Translations under genes and position numbers: made by a program | Virus record (IMG/VR): IMGVR_UViG_2894352420_000001 | Coordinates: 14,100-78,099 of that record | From: a virus | Lineage: Duplodnaviria; Caudoviricetes | Direction: 5' to 3' (one strand) | Length of the DNA stretch: 64,000 nt | Shown: piece after piece, positions 39,757 to 49,169 of the stretch | How the letters are laid out: each line of letters begins with the position of its first letter | Numbering within the stretch: the stretch's first letter is position 1 | Notes under the pieces: generated by a model | Told to the model about the DNA's origin: nothing | Database searches by the model: none | What the model saw: the letters and a program-made list of their open reading frames with translations, nothing else

Positions 39757-40523
39757 GATGGAAATTCTCTAAGTTTTAAATGATTTAATGATTCCGGCCA
39801 CTCATCCATGTTTCCTCCGTGCCGGTCTTTTAATCCCAGTTGCTTGGAGAGGTATGTCCCAAGCTGCTTTACGAAAATCTTTGTATCAGCGCCAAGCAAC
39901 ATATTACTGTGCGTATCAGAAAAGGCTTCAACTAAATATTCTATCCACTCGACGGAGCATGGGCGGTATCTGTATTTCCCGCTATCATTACCACTTTCTC
40001 CACCAATAATTACCCAGTCCAATGCGCCTCGGAATCCTTCTGTTATTTTTCCATGTAATGGTTCGAAACTTGCGAACTTGGTTTTCGCCGGAACACGTTC
40101 AAGAATATCGATTCGATCGACTGATGCCTGGCTTCCAACCGAAGTTCCAAGCCAAACATTATCCCATCCATCACCCCAATCTTCGGGCAGATGATTGAAT
40201 ATTCTTTCCGGTCTTTTCGTTAAAATCTGGAACGTGTGCTGCGGACATTTACGAATTATATCCCAGGCTTCATTTCGATAGGAGTCAATCTCCGGATGAA
40301 AGAAATCAGTTAAGGAGCTTGTAAAAATCCTCGAAGGATCCTTCAATTTCAGAGGAAGATTAAATACAGTTTTTGTACGCACGACCTCTTTGGGTTTGTA
40401 GCGCGTTTCGTTAAGACTTTCCCTGAACATGTAACAAAAAAGACAATCCGCATCTACTTTTGAACAACCACGGGCGATATTCCATGTGGCATCGCACCAA
40501 GAAATATTACTTATTTTTCCCAT
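39753..40523 (-). CDS. Phage Gp37/Gp68 (DUF5131) family protein
   Basis: TWNIARGCSKVDADCLFCY, FQILTKRPER, NVWLGTSV, WVIIGGESG. Confidence 0.88.
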   Translation of the reverse strand: MGKISNISWCDATWNIARGCSKVDADCLFCYMFRESLNETRYKPKEVVRTKTVFNLPLKLKDPSRIFTSSLTDFFHPEIDSYRNEAWDIIRKCPQHTFQILTKRPERIFNHLPEDWGDGWDNVWLGTSVGSQASVDRIDILERVPAKTKFASFEPLHGKITEGFRGALDWVIIGGESGNDSGKYRYRPCSVEWIEYLVEAFSDTHSNMLLGADTKIFVKQLGTYLSKQLGLKDRHGGNMDEWPESLNHLKLREFPS

Positions 40524-41007
40524 TTTGATTTGTTCTTAATTTGTGACAGGTAGAGCAAACTGATTCAACGTTCTCATGACATTTGGAATCATACCCCAAG
40601 TGATGATCATATTCATGGCGCTTACCGCCCGGCGTGTAGATATGTTGGCAATCGACGCAAGGCAAATCATTGGGGTGCGGAATTAAACGTTGCTCAACCA
40701 AGTAATTAACTCGTCTGCGAGCTTGTCGTTTGTCCCCGTCACGCGCATTTACAAAATTTCTTCCGGCGCTTGGCCTCAACTTTGGGCTGTATTTAATCTT
40801 AGCTGTTTCATTTCTATAAGATTGACATGCCGATGTTAAACCGTCGTACCTGCTTTTATCTGAACCGAAATCTGCACGATGGTGCCATGAATTACACCCA
40901 TAACACCACTTAAATCCGCTCTCAACTTGTTTATTGTAGAATTCCACAGACAAGCCATTCCTATTACAAAAATCTCTAATCCGTCCATTAGTAGTCTGTG
41001 CCATCAA
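40507..41007 (-). CDS. HNH-like/Zn-binding protein
   Basis: CxxC pairs; C-terminal HHLGY…CSTCH. Confidence 0.55.
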   Translation of the reverse strand: MMAQTTNGRIRDFCNRNGLSVEFYNKQVESGFKWCYGCNSWHHRADFGSDKSRYDGLTSACQSYRNETAKIKYSPKLRPSAGRNFVNARDGDKRQARRRVNYLVEQRLIPHPNDLPCVDCQHIYTPGGKRHEYDHHLGYDSKCHENVESVCSTCHKLRTNQNGKNK

Positions 41008-41234
41008 TGATACGGTTGAAGTTTAGACTTTTTGTACTGCTTATTCCGGCGAATTTCATCCTCGTAAGAAGATTTGATATCCAGAACGATATTGCCTTTC
41101 CAGTTTCCATCGTAGGCTTTTCTATACTTCGTTTCCCACCCATTTGTTTCTTTAATCTGAAATTGGACGGTATTTTGCATTTCCGATCTGGTGATAATTA
41201 CCCGTTCAGTAGATGATATTGGGATTGTTCTCAT
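41004..41234 (-). CDS. Hypothetical protein
   Basis: ORF track. Confidence 0.45.
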   Translation of the reverse strand: MRTIPISSTERVIITRSEMQNTVQFQIKETNGWETKYRKAYDGNWKGNIVLDIKSSYEDEIRRNKQYKKSKLQPYH

Positions 41235-41262
41235 ATTGTAACTTATGGTTAATAGTAGTTGA

Positions 41263-41562
41263 TTATTTCATGATTGAAGCCATTTCCTCAATCGTTGGAG
41301 TGCGTTCTTCATCACACATGGTGCAGCGCATTTTGCTGTATTCTTTCGGAAAAGTAATGACCGGATTGTAGTCATGCGGAGCGCCATTCAAACAGTCAGC
41401 TGGGTAAGCCTGGTGATCGATGGAAATCGATGTTGTAAAAACAAATCCGTTTTCACATTTAGGACATTCCTGCTGGTAAGTGATATCTTCTTCGCAACCA
41501 AACCCATCATCATGACAGATTTCTATTTCGGCGCCGCAGTAGGGACAATTAACGTCATACAT
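41263..41562 (-). CDS. Zn-ribbon protein (start MYDVNCPYC)
   Basis: CPYC, CPKC and CTMC pairs. Confidence 0.55.
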   Translation of the reverse strand: MYDVNCPYCGAEIEICHDDGFGCEEDITYQQECPKCENGFVFTTSISIDHQAYPADCLNGAPHDYNPVITFPKEYSKMRCTMCDEERTPTIEEMASIMK

Positions 41563-42034
41563 GATTGAAAGATGGTTTTGAGGTTTCAGGATTGATAAAA
41601 TGCAAATCACCCTCAGGAGTAAGCATAAGCGGCACATCAAATCGCTTAAACTGCTTCTGCATTTCCTGCCAGAACAAAGTCTGTTGAGCTTTATGAATTT
41701 CACCCATGGATAAACCGATCATCAGCAGATTACCGAACATTTGCACGATATCTTCCATTTGATCATTGACTTTGTTCAGATCGGTCCCTTCAACTTCATT
41801 CCCCCAAAGGCTGGACTTTGCATGGTTTTCGAGCTCGTAAGTGAAAGCTTTGGCAACAAGTTTTAATTTGTGTTTGTACAGATCGGTGTACTCCATCTCA
41901 TCAAGCGATCTGATAAGATAATGGACCGCGGCAGAAAGTGTTAGGGCAAGAGCTTTCTCTTTATCGTTGAGTGGTCTTTTCTCTTTTACTAATGATCGAA
42001 TTTTGGGCGGAAGCATAGTTTTTTCATTCATCAC
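41555..42034 (-). CDS. Hypothetical protein
   Basis: ORF track. Confidence 0.5.
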   Translation of the reverse strand: MMNEKTMLPPKIRSLVKEKRPLNDKEKALALTLSAAVHYLIRSLDEMEYTDLYKHKLKLVAKAFTYELENHAKSSLWGNEVEGTDLNKVNDQMEDIVQMFGNLLMIGLSMGEIHKAQQTLFWQEMQKQFKRFDVPLMLTPEGDLHFINPETSKPSFNHV

Positions 42035-42072
42035 TTAAAAAATTAGACATTTTTAGACGGATTTTTAGACAT

Positions 42073-42270
42073 TTACTTCATCAATTCCCAGGTACCAAAC
42101 CTTACATTCCGGTCAATATCTTTTGCCTGAACTGGGAACGCTTCTCCTTTTTTCTCTTCCGGATAAACACATCTGGCCATCAGGTGTGAGACTTTTCTTT
42201 TTCCTTGCATGATCTCGCCGTTGAAAACTTCATAGCTGGATCCGTAATTTGTTTTGTATGTTCCTGTCAT
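42073..42270 (-). CDS. Hypothetical protein
   Basis: ORF track. Confidence 0.45.
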   Translation of the reverse strand: MTGTYKTNYGSSYEVFNGEIMQGKRKVSHLMARCVYPEEKKGEAFPVQAKDIDRNVRFGTWELMK

Positions 42271-42272
42271 GG

Positions 42273-43787
42273 TTAAAATGGGGGTTCGATGTTGTTAAAA
42301 GCTTCGTTTCTTTGATAGTTGTGAATTCTTTGTGCTTCCGGATTAGGGATTTTGGTATTTACTGCTTCAAAGGGAGTCTGAAAAGCCGCATCCAAATCCG
42401 AAAACTTGGTATACTTTCCGGTGAATTTCAGCTTTACGGTATCCAGAGAACCTGACCTGTTTTTTGCCAAAATCAGTTCTCCGGTACCAAGAACTGAATT
42501 GCCAGCATCATCCTCAGTTATTCCGTAGTATTCTGGACGGTAAAGAAACATTACGACGTCAGCGTCCTGCTCAATGGATCCGGATTCACGTAAATCGGAT
42601 AGCTGTGGGCGCTTTTCACCTCCCCTGGTTTCAACAGCACGGCTTAACTGAGAAAGAGCTATTACAGGGACATCCAATTCCTTTGCCAGATTTTTAAGTG
42701 ACCTGGAAATCATTGCAATTTCCTGTTCTCGGTTTCCTGCTCCTTTCCCACCTGAATCGGCTGTCATCAACTGCAAATAATCAATGACAATCATCTGGAT
42801 ATCATGCTGCGCTTTAAGCCGGCGGCACTTGGCCCGTAATTCAAGAATTGAAAGCGCCGGAGTGTCATCAATGAAAATCGGAGCATTGTGAAGTCTCTGT
42901 ATTTTCAGATGCATTCTATCCCATTCATGCAGCTCCATTTGTCCTTTTCGGATCTTCTCGCTGTCAATTTCAGCTTCGGCGGAAATAAGGCGATTCACGA
43001 GTTGAACCGAAGACATTTCAAGCGAAAACATCGCCACAGGGATATTAAATTCTACCGCTGCATTTCTCAGAGAAGAAACTACAAAAGCTGTTTTTCCCAT
43101 GCCGGGCCGAGCTGCAAGAATGGTAAGTTCTGTCTTTTGCCATCCCGAAGTAAGCCGGTCAAGTGCCGTAAATCCCGAAGGAACGCCCGTCAAGCCAGTC
43201 CCGTTACCCTTTTTCAAATCCATTTCAACTAACGTCTTCCGGATCAACGAGCCCATGTTTTCATAGCTTTTCTTGATTCCTGATTCTGTGATTTTAAAAA
43301 GGGATTGTTCCGCATGATCCAGCAATTCAAAGACATCTGTTGAATCTTCGAAAGCGCTACGAAGCATCTCCGACGAAACTCCAATCATCTCTCTTTTTAT
43401 CGCCGATTCAACTATTAGCCGGGTATGATACTCAATATTAGCAGCGGAGTTTACCTTCATGGTAAGCTCCATGATGGCAGTTTTTCCACCTACAATTTCA
43501 AGCTCACCTGACTTTCTAAGTTTCGCTGAAACTGTCAGGATATCGATCGGCTCAGACTCCTTGAACAATTCGAGAATCCCTGCATAGATCCGTTGATGAG
43601 AATCCTTATAAAAACTACTTGGTTTTAAAATATCAACGACAGATGTTAAGGCGTCTTTTTCAATCATTAGAGCGCCAAGAACCGCTTCTTCAAGGTCAAT
43701 TGCCTGAGGCGGCAACTTCCCCAACGAATTATCAACTATAAAATTTCTTTGGGTTTTATTATCTGGTCTTGTATCAGTTCGATTCAT
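42273..43787 (-). CDS. dnaB: Replicative DNA helicase
   Basis: PPQAIDLEEAVLGA, AARPGMGKT, IDYLQL, SQLSR, LRESGSIEQDAD. Confidence 0.96.
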   Translation of the reverse strand: MNRTDTRPDNKTQRNFIVDNSLGKLPPQAIDLEEAVLGALMIEKDALTSVVDILKPSSFYKDSHQRIYAGILELFKESEPIDILTVSAKLRKSGELEIVGGKTAIMELTMKVNSAANIEYHTRLIVESAIKREMIGVSSEMLRSAFEDSTDVFELLDHAEQSLFKITESGIKKSYENMGSLIRKTLVEMDLKKGNGTGLTGVPSGFTALDRLTSGWQKTELTILAARPGMGKTAFVVSSLRNAAVEFNIPVAMFSLEMSSVQLVNRLISAEAEIDSEKIRKGQMELHEWDRMHLKIQRLHNAPIFIDDTPALSILELRAKCRRLKAQHDIQMIVIDYLQLMTADSGGKGAGNREQEIAMISRSLKNLAKELDVPVIALSQLSRAVETRGGEKRPQLSDLRESGSIEQDADVVMFLYRPEYYGITEDDAGNSVLGTGELILAKNRSGSLDTVKLKFTGKYTKFSDLDAAFQTPFEAVNTKIPNPEAQRIHNYQRNEAFNNIEPPF

Positions 43788-44562
43788 TTTGATTTAGATT
43801 AACAAGCTCGCCTGATTCTGTCAGCATAAACTCCAATTCGACAAGCATCCCTATAAAATCATTGTAGGCAGTATTCTGGCAAATTCCTTTAACTGACTCC
43901 TCAGGAGCATCTTTATTCTTCTTTTTGACATTCAGGTAAATAGTTTCCTTCACTTTGGGGGCCAATTCGTAAACACCCAATGATTCCAGATTCCGGAACA
44001 GGACATCACCTAAATCCACGCGGTGTGCAGGATCCTTCCTGCGTGCATCGGCATAGCCGTTCGCTACTTTTGATGCAGTTGAAATCCTTTCGGCAGTAGT
44101 AATTTCCGGCGCAGACAACGGGGCATTATCCGCCTGCTGAGCAAACTTGACCATCACCGGTTTTCGAATTGAATCGAAGTACAGCCTAATCCATCTGACA
44201 AACTTTGATGATGAAAAAAATATGTCCTTGCCTTCATCAAAATGCCCGTCAATGCCCATTTCCAGCGCTTTCAATATCTCATTTTGAGTGGCGAAAGGAA
44301 ACTTGGCGCAATCCGCTTCGATGGTTTGAATGAAAACTAATTCCTCTTTGTCACCGCGGGATTTCAGCCCCAGACGGATCGTGGCGATGTTACTGATTTT
44401 TTCAGCCAGCGAAAGCAGATCACAATCTTTCAACTTTTGATTCCGATCTGAGACCGTCGATAATTCAACAATCTGATTTTCAAAAACAGATAATTTTTCC
44501 ATCAGGAAATCATTCTGAATTTTGAAAGTGATGCTTTGTGAGCGTGTTGATGTTATTTCCAT
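43774..44562 (-). CDS. Hypothetical replication-module protein
   Basis: Between initiator and dnaB. Confidence 0.5.
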   Translation of the reverse strand: MEITSTRSQSITFKIQNDFLMEKLSVFENQIVELSTVSDRNQKLKDCDLLSLAEKISNIATIRLGLKSRGDKEELVFIQTIEADCAKFPFATQNEILKALEMGIDGHFDEGKDIFFSSSKFVRWIRLYFDSIRKPVMVKFAQQADNAPLSAPEITTAERISTASKVANGYADARRKDPAHRVDLGDVLFRNLESLGVYELAPKVKETIYLNVKKKNKDAPEESVKGICQNTAYNDFIGMLVELEFMLTESGELVNLNQNESN

Positions 44563-45497
44563 GATTCATTTTTTTGTGCTTCACGCTGTTCCCTGATAAG
44601 ATTTACGGCTTTCCTGGTTGTCTCAACTGCAGTTTGTATTTTCCCTTTTTCGGGCTCTGATTTAGCAAGCGATGCTTTTTCAGCTCTCCAAACCGGCATA
44701 AATTTTGGCATCCAAGCTGTAAAATATCTTCTGATATCGCTTTCAGATTTGATTCCGTGTTTTTCTGCCTTGCGATCAGAAACAAATCGATCAATCAATT
44801 CAAAATATTCACTTTCAGATACATGTGCGTTTTTTTTACACGCAGTCAAAATATCAGAATCGATTTTAAAAATTTTTTCAACTTCTTCCCAGCTTGGTAT
44901 AGGCTTTCGATGATCCAGAGGATTTTCTTTCAAATCGTCTGCGAGTTTTTGAAGTTCATTTTTTACGAAATCCGGAATACCATCGTACGAAGAATCTGCT
45001 GTCGTCTCTTTTTCATCTACGTCAGTAGATGTTTTTTCTTCTTTACCTTTTACTTTACCTTTAGTTTGCGGTGTTTCTGTGACAGAAACACCGATAGAGT
45101 CGGAATTTCTGTCAAATTTACCTGACTTTCGCGCCTGCTGCTGAGAATTTTGTCTTGACAGATTTCGCTTTTCGTATACTGCTTTTAGCTTTTCATCTAA
45201 GGTTTTGCTGTATATTTTGCCATCTAGTTCAAATAAAAGTTCCAACCTGACACAGTAACTCAACACATCCCGTATTTCTGTGACAGAAACTCCGAAGTCT
45301 CCGGCTAAAAGCTCTGTTTCAAGTTCATTATTAACCCAACGATTCTCGTCGGCGGTGGTCAAAACTTCCAGAAACATAGTCCAAATGGCGTATCCAGGCA
45401 GTCCGTATTTAGCACGTATTGCTTTTATTTTCCTATGGTTGCGCATATCACCATCGTGACCAAAAAAATCAGCGTTATTTTTTGTGGGTCTTGGCAT
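44553..45497 (-). CDS. Phage replication initiator-like protein (DUF4373/Lin1244-type N-terminus)
   Basis: ADFFGHD…KIKAIRAKYGLPGYAIW; upstream of dnaB; internal palindromic repeats. Confidence 0.7.
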   Translation of the reverse strand: MPRPTKNNADFFGHDGDMRNHRKIKAIRAKYGLPGYAIWTMFLEVLTTADENRWVNNELETELLAGDFGVSVTEIRDVLSYCVRLELLFELDGKIYSKTLDEKLKAVYEKRNLSRQNSQQQARKSGKFDRNSDSIGVSVTETPQTKGKVKGKEEKTSTDVDEKETTADSSYDGIPDFVKNELQKLADDLKENPLDHRKPIPSWEEVEKIFKIDSDILTACKKNAHVSESEYFELIDRFVSDRKAEKHGIKSESDIRRYFTAWMPKFMPVWRAEKASLAKSEPEKGKIQTAVETTRKAVNLIREQREAQKNESWK

Positions 45498-45512
45498 GAT
45501 TGCTTTAAATTT

Positions 45513-46055
45513 TCAATTTGATACGGCCTGCTGAAATAAATCCCGAAAATTCATATTGGTCAATCCGCCAAATCCATCATCAACGAGATTCGTTGGGATG
45601 AAATCTTCAAAGTTAGATCTCACGAAATGAACGCCTTCTATATCTACTGAGTAAGTATAACAACTTGTCCTACATGAAGACCCGGCTGCGAAGATAAAAT
45701 TGGAATCAAGGTCAATCGAAGCACCGATCAGGACGATACAATAAGAAATCATATAGTCCTCAAATAGACATTTCTCTCGAAAATACTTCACCAATCCTGC
45801 TTCATATCTACATGCTTGACCGAATGCTCCAAAGCCTATTTGATCCTTTTTAAGTTCATATATGGATACTTGTATAGTATTCTCGCCGAGAAAATCGGTT
45901 GACGAAATCCCTACAACATCCGCAATTCCATATGCTCCCATATCAACCTGCTTTAAAATTACTTTATGGTCAAAACATGTCAAGCCTCTCCGGATTAATA
46001 TTTCGGTGTTATCAGTTGATAACATATTCTCCAAATCTTTCTCCAATATTTTCAT
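45513..46055 (-). CDS. PD-(D/E)xK nuclease-like protein (NucS/EndoMS C-terminal-like)
   Basis: LEKDLE…GIADVV…IYELKK…GQACRY. Confidence 0.5.
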   Translation of the reverse strand: MKILEKDLENMLSTDNTEILIRRGLTCFDHKVILKQVDMGAYGIADVVGISSTDFLGENTIQVSIYELKKDQIGFGAFGQACRYEAGLVKYFREKCLFEDYMISYCIVLIGASIDLDSNFIFAAGSSCRTSCYTYSVDIEGVHFVRSNFEDFIPTNLVDDGFGGLTNMNFRDLFQQAVSN

Positions 46056-46096
46056 ATTCGAATTTAACCTAACGATTATAATTATACGTACTCCTT

Positions 46097-46384
46097 TTAC
46101 AGCGAAGTTGATCTCTTATTCCGGAATACTTCAACGGATTCAATAATCGAGCGGGGAATGCTTAGTACTTTCTGCCCTTTTTCAAAACCAATAACTTTTC
46201 CTTCATCGTTTTGAACGGCTACTTCTCCGGAATATAAAAGACGGACACAACCGTTTTTGAAGTTTAATATTCCTTCATCAACTAATTCTCCGGTGAATAA
46301 AAGCGATGGCGCTTTAAATGGAGGCTCTCCTCCTTTGGTTTTAATCTGGATGAGCTGGCCAACTTTTATATGACTTGTGAACAT
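46097..46384 (-). CDS. Hypothetical protein
   Basis: ORF track. Confidence 0.45.
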   Translation of the reverse strand: MFTSHIKVGQLIQIKTKGGEPPFKAPSLLFTGELVDEGILNFKNGCVRLLYSGEVAVQNDEGKVIGFEKGQKVLSIPRSIIESVEVFRNKRSTSL

Positions 46385-46545
46385 AAAAATGTAATTTTGA
46401 GAGTTCTATAAAAACAGGAATTCCCGGAAGAGACAGCGGATGACTAGTCCTATCGTGTGCCAAGAACACACAACTGCCCCCTTCCGGGAATGTACAATCC
46501 TTGGAGTTGTAACTCAAAAAGTAGTCAGCCTTTTGGAGCGATAAG

Positions 46546-46586
46546 CAAATGTAATTAATATTTATTTATACTTACAATATAAGTAT
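46546..46586 (-). promoter_or_regulatory. -7 element TACATTTG (46546-46553) plus palindrome ATACTTA-N5-TAAGTAT (46568-46586)
   Basis: Consensus match upstream of the replication operon. Confidence 0.6.
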
Positions 46587-46599
46587 AAATATTTTTTTA

Positions 46600-47757
46600 T
46601 TAATCGTAAGTTTTTAATAATACGGGCATCAGAAGAATAGTCAACGATTTGCCGTATTTAGTTTTAGGATGAAATAGTGCGCATCTGTTACTCGCAGTCA
46701 CTTTGATTTCAACATCCCCACTGTACCCCGAAAGTGAATGTTTTAACAGCTTTGCATTGAAACCAATTATGATATCAGTGTCCTGAGAAATAGTTTGAAC
46801 AGCCATAACCTGTGATGTTTGAATATCGTAATCGAAATCCTGTGTTGCTATTTTTAAAGCATCTTTCGAAAATTCAAACTCAACCTGGTGAGTCACTTCG
46901 TTGCTCATAAGCCTGGCTAATTCTAGCCGGTTCAAAAGCAAATTTAATGGTGCATTAACGTGGACTTTAACATCCTGAGAGATGGCGTTTTCATAATCCG
47001 GATATCTACCATCCATTTTCTTTGTAACAACGGTACAGTTGTCAAAGATGAACGAAGCGGTCGCCTTGCCCACTTGTATTTCGACATTCTCAGATCTGGT
47101 AGTACGATTGGCTTCGAAAATATCAGATAATACCTTGTTGACAATAAACGAAGGAAAGTTAAACTGAATGTCAGTCTCATACCTTGTCAATCTGTGGCCA
47201 TCAGTTGAAACTATTTTCACATGCTCACCATAGCTGTCAATGTAAATTCCTGTCATAGCTGGACGGAGATTATCGCTTGAGGTGGACTTTTTACAAAGTT
47301 TTAGCCCTTCGCGCAGCTGGTGTAAACCCATCTGGAAAATCCCATTTTCATCACCTGCGGCGGGGAGTCTTGGCATTTCTAAATAAGTATAGTCTTCTCT
47401 TAACGTGATCGATGCATCTGTCCAGCTAATACAGATCTTTTTAAGCTTTTCTTCACCTGACACCTCAAACTGAATATGCTCATCGCTTATATATTTGATG
47501 ATGCTATTAAGTCTGGCAAACTCAATTGTGAATATCCCTGGCTGCATTACCTGCTTCAATGGAACTTTGATCAAAACGGCGGTGATCAAATCGGATCCTG
47601 ATATCAAAAGGCTGTCATCTCTGACTTCCACTATTATGGATTCGAGCATTGGAACAATTGGTGAGCGGCTCATGACCTTGGATATTACTTTTAAAGCATT
47701 CCGAAGATCCTTTGTGGCTACCCTGGCCACAATTGTCTTTTCAAGTGTTGCTTGCAT
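46600..47757 (-). CDS. dnaN: DNA polymerase III beta sliding clamp (phage copy)
   Basis: PIVPMLESI, SGSDL, RPAMTGI, VSTDGHRL, DGRYPDY, IGFNAKLL, LLMPV. Confidence 0.9.
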   Translation of the reverse strand: MQATLEKTIVARVATKDLRNALKVISKVMSRSPIVPMLESIIVEVRDDSLLISGSDLITAVLIKVPLKQVMQPGIFTIEFARLNSIIKYISDEHIQFEVSGEEKLKKICISWTDASITLREDYTYLEMPRLPAAGDENGIFQMGLHQLREGLKLCKKSTSSDNLRPAMTGIYIDSYGEHVKIVSTDGHRLTRYETDIQFNFPSFIVNKVLSDIFEANRTTRSENVEIQVGKATASFIFDNCTVVTKKMDGRYPDYENAISQDVKVHVNAPLNLLLNRLELARLMSNEVTHQVEFEFSKDALKIATQDFDYDIQTSQVMAVQTISQDTDIIIGFNAKLLKHSLSGYSGDVEIKVTASNRCALFHPKTKYGKSLTILLMPVLLKTYD

Positions 47758-47846
47758 GATATTTAAATTTTAAAAAATTTGAAATCGTTACTGGTTATCC
47801 CAAACGGGATTTCGAAGTATGTCGAAGGCATATATTACTCTCAACG

Positions 47847-48344
47847 TTAAAGATTTTCGCGCTCGGCCATCACCTCAGACAATGGCCGCATGTTTGCCGG
47901 AATTTCGTCCACTTCTTCTTCCGCAGTGTAAGGGAAAACATCCAGGATCGGCGTCAAATTCATGTCCGTAGTTTCGTAAGGAATTAGCATGGTGCGCAGA
48001 CTTTCGGTGATTCGTTGTAATGCCTGATCAATGCCGTCAGCATTCACTAGCATATAATTAACAACCTTTTTTTCCTTGCCGGATTTTTCATCGACAGAAA
48101 AGTATATCACTTTGGCTTTGAACCACTTTTCGCCATCTTCGTAAGTGAAAAGATCAGCCAGACGCATGCGGGTAATTGATGTGACACTGAAATCACTTGC
48201 ACCGGTTGTTATGCGTTTATATCCGTTTACTTCAGCTTCCGTGTAGGAAACTGCGTCAAACAAATATGCTTCGTTATGCGTTTTTAGACTTCCCGCGCTG
48301 TCTTCTGCCTGGAATCTAATTTTAACTAAATAATAGCTAGCCAT
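47847..48344 (-). CDS. DUF4494-family protein
   Basis: YLVKIRF…YLFDAVSYTEAE…WFKAKV…DEKSGKEK…ILDVFPY. Confidence 0.75.
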   Translation of the reverse strand: MASYYLVKIRFQAEDSAGSLKTHNEAYLFDAVSYTEAEVNGYKRITTGASDFSVTSITRMRLADLFTYEDGEKWFKAKVIYFSVDEKSGKEKKVVNYMLVNADGIDQALQRITESLRTMLIPYETTDMNLTPILDVFPYTAEEEVDEIPANMRPLSEVMAERENL

Positions 48345-48993
48345 GTACTTGTTGTTTTGTTGATCTGTAAGGTTTTATAATTGCTTCACTAAAACTCATG
48401 CGCTGTAATCTATTCCAGAGGGCAGAGCGCGATACTCCTAAGTCTTTTGCCCAATAGGATAGTGGCTTTCTTATTCCATTGTGCTCTAAAAATATGGTTC
48501 TACGAGTATTGTTACTTTGCTCTTCAGTAGTTGCCCACTTGCAATTATCTGGGCAATAGTTTTCATTGACCCTAATTCTTTCAATCGATAAGATATCTGA
48601 ATACCCGTTGCCTGTAGCCCACAAGTGGAAATTCATGTAATCCATCCACTCATCACACATTGTTATCCCGCGCCCTCCATAGTTTTTATACCCTGGCTCA
48701 TTCTGGTTATAACACCTCTTTTTAATTCCTTTCCAAATTGAGTAAAGCCTGTTTTTGCCAGAAACCCTGTTTGATAAACCATGGGTAACGCATCTTTTTA
48801 TGATATTTGATACCCTTTTACATCCGCAGGTTTTAGATTTTCCAGCTTTCAAATCAGCGCCATTTACCGAAATCTGTTTTCCACATGAGCATACGCAAAC
48901 CCACTGAGGTTTTTTAGAATTGCTATATCCGGAGAATTTTATTACCTCCAAGTCGCCAAATTTCTTTCCTTTCAAGTCTGTTATAGTTTTCAT
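48337..48993 (-). CDS. HNH homing-endonuclease-like protein
   Basis: DLKGKKFGDL…CVCSCG…YGGRGITMCDEW…LSIERI…YCPDNCKWAT. Confidence 0.8.
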   Translation of the reverse strand: MKTITDLKGKKFGDLEVIKFSGYSNSKKPQWVCVCSCGKQISVNGADLKAGKSKTCGCKRVSNIIKRCVTHGLSNRVSGKNRLYSIWKGIKKRCYNQNEPGYKNYGGRGITMCDEWMDYMNFHLWATGNGYSDILSIERIRVNENYCPDNCKWATTEEQSNNTRRTIFLEHNGIRKPLSYWAKDLGVSRSALWNRLQRMSFSEAIIKPYRSTKQQVHG

Positions 48994-49062
48994 ATCAAAT
49001 TTTTGATAAGTAACAGCTGGCCATATTTGTTTTAAATTAGATTGTGAATGATTGTTTATTAA

Positions 49063-49164
49063 TCAGGTAAATTCGAATCTTTGATTTTCTTTGACAATGG
49101 TTGTCGCAAAAGGGAAATCGGTTTTGGAAACTTGTTCGAGCATACTCTGCAATACTACCGACCA
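49063..49164 (-). pseudogene. 3' remnant of a conserved Bacteroidota phage gene (…SVVLQSMLEQVSKTDFPFATTIVKENQRFEFT*)
   Basis: Read manually; the protein-like C-terminus begins 5 nt after the HNH stop, in another frame. Family recognition is from memory only. Confidence 0.5.
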
Positions 49165-49169
49165 TTCTG

